Shown here in pieces: positions 14,858 through 24,765 of a DNA stretch of 64,000 nucleotides (positions are counted from its first letter, which is position 1; every line of letters begins with the position of its first letter). The notes beneath the pieces were generated by a model. The model saw only the letters and a list, made by a program, of their open reading frames with translations. It did not search any database and was not told where the DNA came from. This stretch comes from Oleiharenicola sp. Lineage in GTDB: Bacteria; Verrucomicrobiota; Verrucomicrobiia; Opitutales; Opitutaceae. The stretch is from contig JANYDW010000050.1 of NCBI GenBank assembly GCA_025363455.1, forward strand, positions 2,839-66,838, in the 5' to 3' direction. The position numbers and the translations under genes were made by a program.

Positions 14858-14916
14858 ATCCCTTTCCCGGCGGAAGTCGGATATGATCCGACGGGCAATC
14901 CAACCAACATCCATCC

Positions 14917-15309
14917 ATGACCGATCCAATCAGTGATTTCCTGACCCACCTTCGCAATGCGTCGAAGGCCGGTCTCGCCGTGTGCGTTTCCCCGCACTCC
15001 CAGCTCAAGGAGAGCCTGGCCAACATCCTCAAGTCCGAGGGTTTCGTTCGCGACGTGACCACCGGCACCGATGAGAACGGCCACAAGACCGTCGTCGTCA
15101 CCATGAAATACGTCGACAACGCCCCGGTCCTCACCGGCCTCAAGCGTTCGTCCACCCCCGGTCGCCGCCTCTACACCGGCTACGCCGACATCCCCCGCGT
15201 CCTCAACGGCCTGGGCATCGCCATCATTTCCACTTCCAAGGGTCTCCTCAAAGACCAGGACGCCCGTCGCCAGAAGCTTGGCGGCGAACTCGTCTGCACC
15301 GTCTGGTAA
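14917..15309 (+). CDS. rpsH: 30S ribosomal protein S8
   Basis: 130 aa, MTDPISDFLTHLRNA.. Confidence 0.96.
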   Translation: MTDPISDFLTHLRNASKAGLAVCVSPHSQLKESLANILKSEGFVRDVTTGTDENGHKTVVVTMKYVDNAPVLTGLKRSSTPGRRLYTGYADIPRVLNGLGIAIISTSKGLLKDQDARRQKLGGELVCTVW

Positions 15310-15323
15310 AGGAGCACACCACC

Positions 15324-15869
15324 ATGAGCAGAATCGGCAAAAAACCCGTTCAGATCCCCGACAAGGTCAAAGTCGCCATTTCGGGCACCACCGTGTCCGT
15401 CGAAGGCCCCAAGGGCAAAGTTTCCAAGACCTTCGCGCCCGTCGTGAAGATCGAGCAGCAGGACAAGACCCTCGTCGTCTCCAAGACCGAGGAGACCCGC
15501 TTCTCCCGCGCTATGTTTGGCACGGCCCGCTCCGTCATCGCGAGCATGGTCCAGGGCGTCAGCGTCGGCTACGCCAAGGAACTCGAGATCCAGGGCGTCG
15601 GCTTCAAGGCCGCGCTCAAGGGCAACAAGCTCGACCTCGCGCTCGGCTATTCGCATCCCATTCTCCACACTATCCCCGAGGGCATCAAGGTCACGGTCAC
15701 CGACCAGACCAAGCTCAAGATCGAGGGCGTGGACAAGCAGCTCGTCGGTCAGGTGACCTCCGAGATCCGCGCCTACTACCCGCCGGAGCCTTACAAGGGC
15801 AAAGGTGTCCGTCTCGTCGGTGAACACGCCGAGCGCGTCCGTCGCAAGGAAGGCAAGACCGTCGCCTAA
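15324..15869 (+). CDS. rplF: 50S ribosomal protein L6
   Basis: 181 aa, MSRIGKKPVQIP.. Confidence 0.96.
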   Translation: MSRIGKKPVQIPDKVKVAISGTTVSVEGPKGKVSKTFAPVVKIEQQDKTLVVSKTEETRFSRAMFGTARSVIASMVQGVSVGYAKELEIQGVGFKAALKGNKLDLALGYSHPILHTIPEGIKVTVTDQTKLKIEGVDKQLVGQVTSEIRAYYPPEPYKGKGVRLVGEHAERVRRKEGKTVA

Positions 15870-15883
15870 ACGCACCACTCACC

Positions 15884-16246
15884 ATGAAGACCGTTTACAA
15901 AGCCCAGCTCCTCCAGAAGCGCAAATGGCGCATCCGCAAGAAGGTGACCGGCACCGCCGTCCGCCCGCGGCTCAGCGTCAAGTTCTCCGGCAAGCACATT
16001 TACGCGCAGGCCGTCAACGACGACGCCGGCTCGACCCTCGTGTTCCTCTCCACTCTCGACCCCGAGACCCGGAAGTCGAAAGTGAAGGGCAACGTCACCG
16101 GGGCCAAGTCCCTCGGTGCCGCCTTCGCCGCCAAGGCCAAGGCCGCCGGCATCACCGCCGTCGTGTTCGACCGCAACGGGCGCCTCTTCCACGGCCGCGT
16201 CAAAACCTTTGCCGACGCCGCCCGCGAGGGTGGTCTGCAGTTCTAA
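15884..16246 (+). CDS. rplR: 50S ribosomal protein L18
   Basis: 120 aa, L18 family, C-terminal ADAAREGGLQF. Confidence 0.95.
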   Translation: MKTVYKAQLLQKRKWRIRKKVTGTAVRPRLSVKFSGKHIYAQAVNDDAGSTLVFLSTLDPETRKSKVKGNVTGAKSLGAAFAAKAKAAGITAVVFDRNGRLFHGRVKTFADAAREGGLQF

Positions 16247-16255
16247 TCTCCGCCC

Positions 16256-16762
16256 ATGAATTATAATTCCACCAGATCCTCCCCCCGCTCGAACAATGAA
16301 TCGGCCGAGCCGGGCATGTTTGAGAAGGTCGTCTTCATCAACCGCTGCGCCAAGGTCGTGAAGGGCGGTCGTCGCTTCAGCTTCTCCGCGCTCTCCGTCG
16401 TCGGTGACGGCAAGGGCAGCGTCGGCATCGGCTACGGCAAGGCCAACGAGGTCCCCGACGCCATCAAGAAGTCCACCGAGTCGGCCAAGAAACGCATGGT
16501 CTCCGTGAAGCTCAAGGGCAGCACTATTCCGCACGAGGTGCTCGGCGAGTATGACGGGGGCAAGGTCTTCCTCCGCCCCGCCTCCAACGGCACCGGCCTC
16601 ATCGCCGGCGGCGGCGTCCGCGCCGTCCTCGAGGCGGCCGGCGTGCACAACGTGCTCACCAAGTCGATGGGTTCCAAGAACCACATCGCCGTCGTCCACG
16701 CGACCCTCAACGGCCTGCTCAAGCTGCGCCTCGAAGAGGATTTCAAGGCCCTCCGCGCCTGA
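16256..16762 (+). CDS. rpsE: 30S ribosomal protein S5
   Basis: 168 aa, [23 protein letters not shown].. Confidence 0.96.
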   Translation: MNYNSTRSSPRSNNESAEPGMFEKVVFINRCAKVVKGGRRFSFSALSVVGDGKGSVGIGYGKANEVPDAIKKSTESAKKRMVSVKLKGSTIPHEVLGEYDGGKVFLRPASNGTGLIAGGGVRAVLEAAGVHNVLTKSMGSKNHIAVVHATLNGLLKLRLEEDFKALRA

Positions 16763-16834
16763 ATCATTTAAACCAACTCCGAGTCGTTCCGCGCCCAGCG
16801 TGGGGCGGCGTCCCCAAACTTAGGAATCACTAAA

Positions 16835-17281
16835 ATGCGTCTCCATACTCTCAAGAACGTCAAGGGTGCTGTGCACCGCAAGAAGCGCGTCGGCTGCGGC
16901 GAAGGCGGCGGCCACGGCAAGACCTCCACCCGCGGCGGCAAGGGCCAGAGCGCCCGCTCCGGCAGCTCCATCCGCCCCGGCTTCGAAGGCGGCCAGATGC
17001 CCCTTTACCGCAAGCTCCCGCACCGCGGCTTCAACAACTACGAGTTCCGCACGAGCTACGCCGTCGTCAACGTCGGCGATCTCGCCCGGCTCGACGCCAA
17101 GATCACCGAGGTGAACACCGAGGTGCTGGCCGCGGCCGGCCTCGTTCGCTCCGGCGTCAAGCTGCTCAAGGTCCTCGGCGACGGCGAAATCAGCCGCGCC
17201 CTCAAGGTCACGGCCCAGAAATTCACCGGCTCCGCCAAGGCCAAGCTCGAGAAAGCCGGTGGCACGGCGATCGTCGCCTAA
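16835..17281 (+). CDS. rplO: 50S ribosomal protein L15
   Basis: 148 aa, G/K/R-rich N-terminus, synteny (follows rpsE directly, with no rpmD between). Confidence 0.95.
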   Translation: MRLHTLKNVKGAVHRKKRVGCGEGGGHGKTSTRGGKGQSARSGSSIRPGFEGGQMPLYRKLPHRGFNNYEFRTSYAVVNVGDLARLDAKITEVNTEVLAAAGLVRSGVKLLKVLGDGEISRALKVTAQKFTGSAKAKLEKAGGTAIVA

Positions 17282-17338
17282 GCCGGGCAGGGCGGGCCGC
17301 GGGGCCCGGCCGGTCCAACCACTCCAGATTACCCTCTA

Positions 17339-18838
17339 ATGTTTTCCGCCTTCACGAACTCCCTGAAGATCCCCGAGCTCCGCTCGCGGATCCTCTACAC
17401 CCTGGGTTTGCTCTTCGTGGCTCGCGTGGGAGCGCATATCCCGCTACCCGGCGTCGACCCGAAGCCGCTACAGCATTTCTTCGCCGACCAGACCGCCGGC
17501 GGCGGCGGCGCGCTCGTCGGGCTTTACAACATGTTCACGGGCGGCGCGCTCCTCAAGGGCGCCGTCTGCGCGCTGGGTATTATGCCCTACATCAGCGCGT
17601 CCATCATTTTCCAGCTAATGACCGCCATCGTGCCGGCGCTCAGCCGCCTCCAGCAGGAGGGCGACGTCGGTCGCCAGAAGCTCACGCAATACACCCGTTA
17701 CGCCACTGTCTTCATCTGCATTGTTCAGGCCGTCTTGCTCGTGCTCAACATGGAGAACCCAGGCAAGCTCTTCCAGGGCTATGATGTGAACACCTACGGC
17801 CAGATCGTGGTCGTCGGCAAGTGGCAGTTCCTCGCTTACTCCACCGTCTTCCTGACCGCCGGCACCATGCTGCTCATGTGGCTCGGCGAACAGATTACCC
17901 AGCGCGGCATCGGTAACGGCGTCTCCCTGCTCATCACCGTCGGCATTTTGTCCGACATCCCCGGTGCAGCCTACTCGACGTATCAACTCTTCTTTGCGCC
18001 CGTTGGTGTCGCCAAGCTCGGCCCCATCCAGGGCGTGATGATGGCGGCGCTTTTCATCGCCGTGACCATGGGCATCATTGCCGTTACCCAGGGCCAGCGC
18101 AAAATCCCCGTCCAGTACGCCAAACGCGTTGTCGGCCAGAAGGTCTATGGCGGCCAGAGCTCCTTCCTGCCCCTCAAGGTCAACTATTCCGGCGTCATGC
18201 CTGTCATCTTCGCCACGTCCATTCTGCTGTTTCCGCAGATGATCATGTCGCAGATCGGTGCATATTTTGACCTAAAATTCCTCAGCGAGTTTGCGACTAA
18301 CTTGCTGCGCGGCCATCCCGTGTATTACATCAGCATGACGGTGCTCATCATGTTTTTCAGTTATTTCTGGGTCTCCGTCATGTTCAAGCCGATCCAGATC
18401 GCCGATGACCTGAAGAAGTACGGCGGCTACATCCCGGGCGTGCGTCCCGGCGAGCCGACAGCCGGCTTCCTCGACTTCATCATGACGCGTCTGACCTTGG
18501 CCGGCGCGATTTTCCTGACAATCATCGCCATCATTCCCGACGTGCTCCTCTTCGAGTTGTCAGTCCCACCGCGTGTCGCCTATTTCTTCGGTGGTACCGG
18601 CATGTTGATCACGGTTGGTGTCATTTTGGACACCATGCGCCAGATCGAGACCTTCCTCCTCCAGCGCCATTACGACGGCTTCCTGAAGAAGGGTCGCATC
18701 CGGGGCCGCAGCACCTCCGCCAATGTTGCCTTAGGCGAGGCCGCCAGCGACAAATCGGTTATGCAACTCACTCTGGTCATGGTGGTTATCCTCTTGGTTG
18801 GCATTGCGGCCTGGGCCATCCGGACCTTCGCTCTTTAA
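17339..18838 (+). CDS. secY: preprotein translocase subunit SecY (with about 42-aa C-terminal extension)
   Basis: 499 aa polytopic protein, SecY family colinearity. The tail after ..FLKKGRIRGR holds an extra hydrophobic helix. Confidence 0.96.
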   Translation: MFSAFTNSLKIPELRSRILYTLGLLFVARVGAHIPLPGVDPKPLQHFFADQTAGGGGALVGLYNMFTGGALLKGAVCALGIMPYISASIIFQLMTAIVPALSRLQQEGDVGRQKLTQYTRYATVFICIVQAVLLVLNMENPGKLFQGYDVNTYGQIVVVGKWQFLAYSTVFLTAGTMLLMWLGEQITQRGIGNGVSLLITVGILSDIPGAAYSTYQLFFAPVGVAKLGPIQGVMMAALFIAVTMGIIAVTQGQRKIPVQYAKRVVGQKVYGGQSSFLPLKVNYSGVMPVIFATSILLFPQMIMSQIGAYFDLKFLSEFATNLLRGHPVYYISMTVLIMFFSYFWVSVMFKPIQIADDLKKYGGYIPGVRPGEPTAGFLDFIMTRLTLAGAIFLTIIAIIPDVLLFELSVPPRVAYFFGGTGMLITVGVILDTMRQIETFLLQRHYDGFLKKGRIRGRSTSANVALGEAASDKSVMQLTLVMVVILLVGIAAWAIRTFAL

Positions 18839-18850
18839 CACTTTACTTCG

Positions 18851-19324
18851 GTGAAGAGGGCTGAACACTCCAGCGCCTTTTCCGCTCTCGCCCTGGCGAA
18901 AGCGAAAATCATTCTCCTCGGTCCCTCCGGCCTGCATTTCGCGGGTTGGATTAACCGAGGCCGTTCTTTGAATCTTGAGCACGTCTCTCCTGCGTTACTT
19001 GTGCAACAGGAGATTTCGCGACGCACGCCGGTCGGCCAGCAGGCCGCCTCGGCGATCACGCGTTCTGCTGTCCAGCAGAATGCCGACCGTTACCACCTTG
19101 CGCTCTTGCGCAAATGGTTCTGGGCGCGCAAACCCGATGCGGGATTCCTTCTCGAAGGCTTCCCGGCTACGCTGCTCCAAGCGTTGGTGTTCGACGAATG
19201 GCTCGAAGCCCGTGGTGAAACCCTCACCGCCGCGCTCGCGCCTGATCCGCTTTACGCGGATCCCGTCAGCACCTACTACCGCACCCAGGGTCTCCTCCGC
19301 GGAGACCTGACCGCCGCCGCCTGA
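18851..19324 (+). CDS. adenylate-kinase-like protein lacking the P-loop Lys, catalytic Args and LID (probable pseudoenzyme)
   Basis: Occupies the secY-adk-map slot. KIILLGPSGLHFAG aligns to Adk RIILLGAPGAGKGT and GFLLEGFPAT to GFLLDGFPRT. Intact 157-aa ORF with GTG start; its stop overlaps the map ATG (TGATG). Confidence 0.7.
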   Translation: MKRAEHSSAFSALALAKAKIILLGPSGLHFAGWINRGRSLNLEHVSPALLVQQEISRRTPVGQQAASAITRSAVQQNADRYHLALLRKWFWARKPDAGFLLEGFPATLLQALVFDEWLEARGETLTAALAPDPLYADPVSTYYRTQGLLRGDLTAAA

Positions 19325-20094
19325 TGATCCCGATCAAAAACCCGGAAGCCATCAAGCGGATGCGCGAGTCCTGTGCCATCGCCGCCACCGTCCTGGCGCG
19401 GCTGAAGGAACAGGTTCGTCCCGGTATCACGACCTACGACTTGGATCAAATCGGCCGCGATCTCATCGCCTCGTTCGGCGCCCGCAGCGCCTGCCACGGC
19501 TACCAGTTGCATTCCCGTCGCTATCCCGCCTACACCTGCCTCTCGGTTAACGACGAGGTCGTCCACGGCATCGGCTCCCTCAAGCGCATCCTCCGCGACG
19601 GTGACATCATCTCGCTCGACGTGGTCGTTGAATACAACGGCTATATCGGCGACAATGCCATGACGGTCCCGGTGGGCGCCACCGCCCCCCGCACCACCGA
19701 GCTGCTGAAAGTCACCGAGGAGGCCCTTTACCTAGGCATCAAGCAGGCGGTCGTTGGGAACCGCATCGGCGACATCTCGCACACTGTGCAGACCTACGTT
19801 GAGGCCCGCGGCTTCGGCATCGTCCGCGAAATGGTCGGCCACGGGGTCGGGCGGGAGATGCACGAGGAACCGCAGATCCCGAACTTCGGCCGCCGCAACA
19901 CCGGCGAGAAGATCAAGCCCGGGATGACGCTCGCCATCGAGCCGATGGTCAACCTCGGTGGTTACCAGGTACGCACCCTCGCCGACGGCTGGACGGTCGT
20001 CACCACTGACGGTTCGCCCTCCGCCCACTTCGAACACACCGTACTCACCGCCGATTCCGGCCCCGAGATCCTCACGATCCCGCGCGCCTCCTGA
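19324..20094 (+). CDS. map: type I methionine aminopeptidase
   Basis: 256 aa, MetAP metal ligands in conserved context (DVVVEYNGYIGDNA, HGVG, IEP). Confidence 0.96.
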   Translation: MIPIKNPEAIKRMRESCAIAATVLARLKEQVRPGITTYDLDQIGRDLIASFGARSACHGYQLHSRRYPAYTCLSVNDEVVHGIGSLKRILRDGDIISLDVVVEYNGYIGDNAMTVPVGATAPRTTELLKVTEEALYLGIKQAVVGNRIGDISHTVQTYVEARGFGIVREMVGHGVGREMHEEPQIPNFGRRNTGEKIKPGMTLAIEPMVNLGGYQVRTLADGWTVVTTDGSPSAHFEHTVLTADSGPEILTIPRAS

Positions 20095-20186
20095 TTCACC
20101 CACTTTTTTAAACTACAACATCTCGCCTCGCCGTAACTCTCCAGAGTGAAGGCGAGTCAACCACTCAACTCTAAACCACATCACCC

Positions 20187-20579
20187 ATGCCTCGTCTCCT
20201 CGGCGTAGAACTTCCCGCCAAAAAGAAGATCGGATACTCCCTCCGGTACATCTACGGTATTGGCCCCACGCGGGCCGACCAGATCATCGCGGCCGCCGGC
20301 CTCGATGCCAACATGCGCGCCTCGGACCTCACCGAGGAGCAGCTCAACAAGATTCTCCACGTCATCACCGACAACAAGTGGGTGGTGGAGGGTGATCTCC
20401 GCCGCGATATCGCCGGCAACCTGAAGCGACTTCAGGCCATCAATTGCTATCGTGGCATCCGCCACCGCCGCAGTCTGCCCGTCCGCGGTCAGCGCACCAG
20501 CACCAACGCCCGCACCCGCAAGGGCCCGCGCAAGACCGTGGGTGTCACCAAAGCCGCCGCGCCTGCCAAATCAGCTTAA
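20187..20579 (+). CDS. rpsM: 30S ribosomal protein S13
   Basis: 130 aa, [10 protein letters not shown].. , S13 family. Confidence 0.96.
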   Translation: MPRLLGVELPAKKKIGYSLRYIYGIGPTRADQIIAAAGLDANMRASDLTEEQLNKILHVITDNKWVVEGDLRRDIAGNLKRLQAINCYRGIRHRRSLPVRGQRTSTNARTRKGPRKTVGVTKAAAPAKSA

Positions 20580-20590
20580 ACCACATCTCC

Positions 20591-21220
20591 ATGTCCGAAG
20601 AGAAATCCGCCCCCAAGAAGGAAAAGCAGCCCAAGAAGGCCGCTCCCACCGACGCTGCCGCAGCTGCGGCGCCCGCCGACAGCCGCGCCGAAGCTCCCGC
20701 GAAGGCGGGCAAGGCCCCGAAGGCCGCCAAGCCCGCCGAGGGCGAAGCTGCCCCCGCCGCCGACACCAAGCCCGTGGAACTCGTGGGCGGCGTGCCGAAG
20801 GCCGTCACCGCCGAGGACCTCCTCAAGGAGGAGCTTTCTTCCATCAAGGTCCGCAAGGCCAAGGGCTCGAAGAACATCAGTTCCGGCATCGCGAACATCG
20901 CCGCGACCTTCAACAACACCATCGTTTCCATCACGGACGCGAAGGGCAACGTCATCTCCTGGTCCTCAGCCGGCAAGTGCAACTTCCGCGGTTCGCGCAA
21001 GTCCACCGCCTACGCCGCCCAGGTCGTGGCCCAGGACGCCGCCCGCAACGCCATGGCCCACGGCCTCAAGGAGGTTCAGATCCGCGTCAGCGGCCCCGGC
21101 CTCGGTCGCGACTCTGCCATCCGCGGTCTTCAGGCCATCGGCCTTGAGATCTCCTCCATCATCGACGTGACCCCGGTGCCACACAACGGCTGCCGCCCGC
21201 GCAAGCGCCGTCGCGTCTAA
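20591..21220 (+). CDS. rpsK: 30S ribosomal protein S11 with about 80-aa A/P/K/E-rich N-terminal extension
   Basis: C-terminal 130 aa are canonical S11 ([25 protein letters not shown]). The ATG at 20591 sits in the same TAAACCACATC..CCATG context as rpsM. Confidence 0.9.
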   Translation: MSEEKSAPKKEKQPKKAAPTDAAAAAAPADSRAEAPAKAGKAPKAAKPAEGEAAPAADTKPVELVGGVPKAVTAEDLLKEELSSIKVRKAKGSKNISSGIANIAATFNNTIVSITDAKGNVISWSSAGKCNFRGSRKSTAYAAQVVAQDAARNAMAHGLKEVQIRVSGPGLGRDSAIRGLQAIGLEISSIIDVTPVPHNGCRPRKRRRV

Positions 21221-21246
21221 CCACCAAACTTTAAAAGCATCCTCCC

Positions 21247-21858
21247 ATGGCCCGTTACACAGGACCCACCACCCGCATCAGCCGCCGCTTCGGCCAATAC
21301 ATTGTTGGCTCGGCCAAGGTGCTCGAGCGTCGCAATTTCCCGCCCGGTCAGCACGGCCCGAAGTCGCGCCGCAAGCTCTCCGAATACGCCGTCGGCCTCA
21401 ACGAGAAGCAGAAGCTCCGTTACATCTACGGCCTGCTCGAGCGCCAGTTCCGTCGCACGTTCGCCATCGCCAAGCGCGAGCGCGGCGTCACCGGCGAGCG
21501 CTTCCTTCAGCTCCTCGAGACCCGTCTCGACAGCGTCGTCTACCTCCTGGGTTTCGCCAAGAGCCGCGCCGCCGCCCGCCAGCTGGTCAACCACGGCCAT
21601 GTCCGCGTCAACGGCCGCAAGGTCGACATCGCGAGCTACACCGCCGTCCAGGGCGACGAGATCGAGATCAAGGCCGTGAACTCCTCGCGCCAGCTCGCCA
21701 CCCGCGCCATCGAGGAAAACCGCGCCCGCGTCGTCCCCGGTTGGCTCACGCGCAATGACGAGGCCTTGAAAGGCACCGTCACCCGCCTGCCCACCCGCGA
21801 CGAGATGGAACCCTCCATTAACGAGCAGCTCATCGTCGAGTACTACTCGCGCTTCTGA
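21247..21858 (+). CDS. rpsD: 30S ribosomal protein S4
   Basis: 203 aa, MARYTGPTTRISRR.. , S4 domain. Confidence 0.96.
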   Translation: MARYTGPTTRISRRFGQYIVGSAKVLERRNFPPGQHGPKSRRKLSEYAVGLNEKQKLRYIYGLLERQFRRTFAIAKRERGVTGERFLQLLETRLDSVVYLLGFAKSRAAARQLVNHGHVRVNGRKVDIASYTAVQGDEIEIKAVNSSRQLATRAIEENRARVVPGWLTRNDEALKGTVTRLPTRDEMEPSINEQLIVEYYSRF

Positions 21859-21952
21859 GCCCTCGGGGCTCATCTCGCCGTAGCCCTCTGGGCGCAGGCG
21901 GGTTTGTTAATCCACTCTTCATCATCAGTCTCACTCAAACATTATTCCTCCC

Positions 21953-22954
<1,002 letters not shown>

Positions 22955-22960
22955 TCCGGA

Positions 22961-23049
22961 AGTAGCGAGTAGCCAGTAGCGGGTAGCGAGCATCACGGCT
23001 CCGCCTGCTTTCTCTTCTACTCGCTCCTCACTACCCGCTACTCACTACT
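22961..23049. repeat. inverted repeat built from tandem GTAG-containing heptamers
   Basis: Left arm is AGTAGCG AGTAGCC AGTAGCG GGTAGCG AG. The right arm, reverse-complemented, reads GTAGTGA GTAGCGG GTAGTGA GGAGCGA GTAG. 26-nt spacer; lies in the unusually long rpoA-rplQ gap. Confidence 0.85.
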
Positions 23050-23130
23050 AATCTTCGTTCCTCGCGCCGCCTGCTGCCGCCCAACGCTGCGACCAGGTTG
23101 CCGATCGGGGACCGATAACAAAAAAACACC

Positions 23131-23631
23131 ATGCGTCACAATAAACACCACGCTTCACTCGGCGTCACCCGCGAGCACCGCAAGGCGATGCTCTCCAACA
23201 TGGGCGCCAGCCTCATCAAGCACGGTCGCATCGAGACCACGCTGACCAAGGCCAAGGCCCTCCGTCCCTTCATCGAGAAGGTCATCACCAAGGCCAAGAA
23301 CGCCGCGGCCGCGACCGAAAAGAAGGACGCCCTCCATCTCCGCCGCATGGCCCTCAAGGACATTCGCGACGAAGGCGCGGTCACCCTCCTCTTTAACGAG
23401 AAGGCGGCCCAGTTCGCCAAGCGTTCCGGCGGCTACACCCGCATCTACAAGCTCGGTCCGCAGCGCGTCGGCGATGCCGCCGAGATGGCGCTGATCGAGC
23501 TGATTCCCGCCGAGGACACGGGCTACTCCAAGTCCCGCGGTAAGAAGAAGGCCGCCACCAAGAAGGCCAAGCCCGCCGCCGAAGCCGCCCCTGCAGCCGA
23601 GGCTGCCAAGACCGACGAAGCCAAGAGCTAA
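23131..23631 (+). CDS. rplQ: 50S ribosomal protein L17
   Basis: 166 aa, MRHNKHHASLGVTREHRKAM.. , K/A-rich C-terminal tail. Confidence 0.95.
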   Translation: MRHNKHHASLGVTREHRKAMLSNMGASLIKHGRIETTLTKAKALRPFIEKVITKAKNAAAATEKKDALHLRRMALKDIRDEGAVTLLFNEKAAQFAKRSGGYTRIYKLGPQRVGDAAEMALIELIPAEDTGYSKSRGKKKAATKKAKPAAEAAPAAEAAKTDEAKS

Positions 23632-23654
23632 GCTCCGACCAACGTCTCCCTCTC

Positions 23655-23688
23655 AACGCGCCGTCCACCAGGACGGCGCGTTTTATTT
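23655..23688 (+). terminator. intrinsic terminator after rplQ
   Basis: AACGCGCCGTCC-ACCA-GGACGGCGCGTT hairpin followed by TTTATTT. Confidence 0.8.
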
Positions 23689-23730
23689 CCCCTTGGCGTC
23701 CGGGCCGGATTCGCCGAACCTGTTCGCTCC

Positions 23731-24765
23731 TTGAAGGCTCTCCTTCTCACCGCCCCCTCGCAACTCGCTCTGGTGGATTTCCCCGATCCATCGCCCGCCA
23801 AGGACGAGGTGTTGCTGCGCGTCCGCGCCTGTGGGATCTGCGGCAGTGATATTCACGGCTGGGATGGCTCGACCGGCCGGCGGCGCCCGCCGCTCATTAT
23901 GGGCCATGAGGCGTCCGGCGAGATCGTTGCTGTGGGGCCGGAGGTGGCGAATTGGCAGGTGGGTGAGCGGGTGACGTTTGACTCCACGATTTCGTGCGGA
24001 GAGTGCGGCTATTGCCGCAGCGGCCACATCAACCTCTGTGACAACCGCCGCGTGCTGGGCGTGGCCCCGGCCGAATACCGTCAGCACGGGGCCTTTGCCG
24101 AATACGTCACCCTGCCGGCGCGCATCCTCTACCGGCTGCCCGCCGGCCTGACTTTTCCGCACGCCGCGATGGTGGAACCCGTGTCGATCGCGATCCACGC
24201 GGTGCAACGCGTCCGCATCGCCCCGACGGACACGGCCGTGGTGGTCGGCAGCGGCATGATCGGTCTCTTTGTCGTGCAGGCTCTACGTTGGGCCGGGGCG
24301 AAGCGCATCATCGCGGTCGACCTGGAGCCGAAGCGGCTCGCGCTGGCCCGTGAGCTCGGTGCGACCGACACCCTGCAGTCCGATGTTTGCGACGTGCCGG
24401 CCGAGGTCGCCAAGTTCACGGGTGGGCAGGGGGCCGATCTCGCCTTCGAGGTCGTGGGCGTTTCACCGACCCTGCAGCTGGCGCTGGCCTGCCTGCGCCG
24501 CGGCGGCTCGGCCGTGCTGGTGGGCAATTTGGCGCCCAAGACGGACTTTCCTCTCCAAGCGGTAGTCACGCGCGAATTGACGCTTTACGGCACCTGCTCC
24601 TCGGCGGGTGAGTATCCGCTCTGCCTTGATCTCATCGCGCGCGGTGTAATCCGGGTGGAGCCGATGATCAGCCAGGTTGCGCCGCTGGCTGACGGAGCCG
24701 AGTGGTTCCAACGTCTCAGCGCCAAGGACGGCGGCCGGTTCATGAAGGTCATTTTGCAACCATGA
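23731..24765 (+). CDS. zinc-dependent alcohol/polyol dehydrogenase (MDR family)
   Basis: 344 aa with GICGSDIH, GHEASGE and structural-Zn CGECGYCRSGHINLC motifs; TTG start, so the exact start is uncertain. Confidence 0.85.
   Translation: MKALLLTAPSQLALVDFPDPSPAKDEVLLRVRACGICGSDIHGWDGSTGRRRPPLIMGHEASGEIVAVGPEVANWQVGERVTFDSTISCGECGYCRSGHINLCDNRRVLGVAPAEYRQHGAFAEYVTLPARILYRLPAGLTFPHAAMVEPVSIAIHAVQRVRIAPTDTAVVVGSGMIGLFVVQALRWAGAKRIIAVDLEPKRLALARELGATDTLQSDVCDVPAEVAKFTGGQGADLAFEVVGVSPTLQLALACLRRGGSAVLVGNLAPKTDFPLQAVVTRELTLYGTCSSAGEYPLCLDLIARGVIRVEPMISQVAPLADGAEWFQRLSAKDGGRFMKVILQP

Noticed and set aside
18851-19324. The Adk-like ORF considered as a plain decaying pseudogene.
   Set aside because: The frame is uninterrupted for 157 codons, its spacing to secY is 12 nt, and its stop overlaps the map start codon. 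Erosion is confined to catalytic positions while structural motifs persist. I kept it as a CDS (a pseudoenzyme hypothesis), pending dN/dS evidence.
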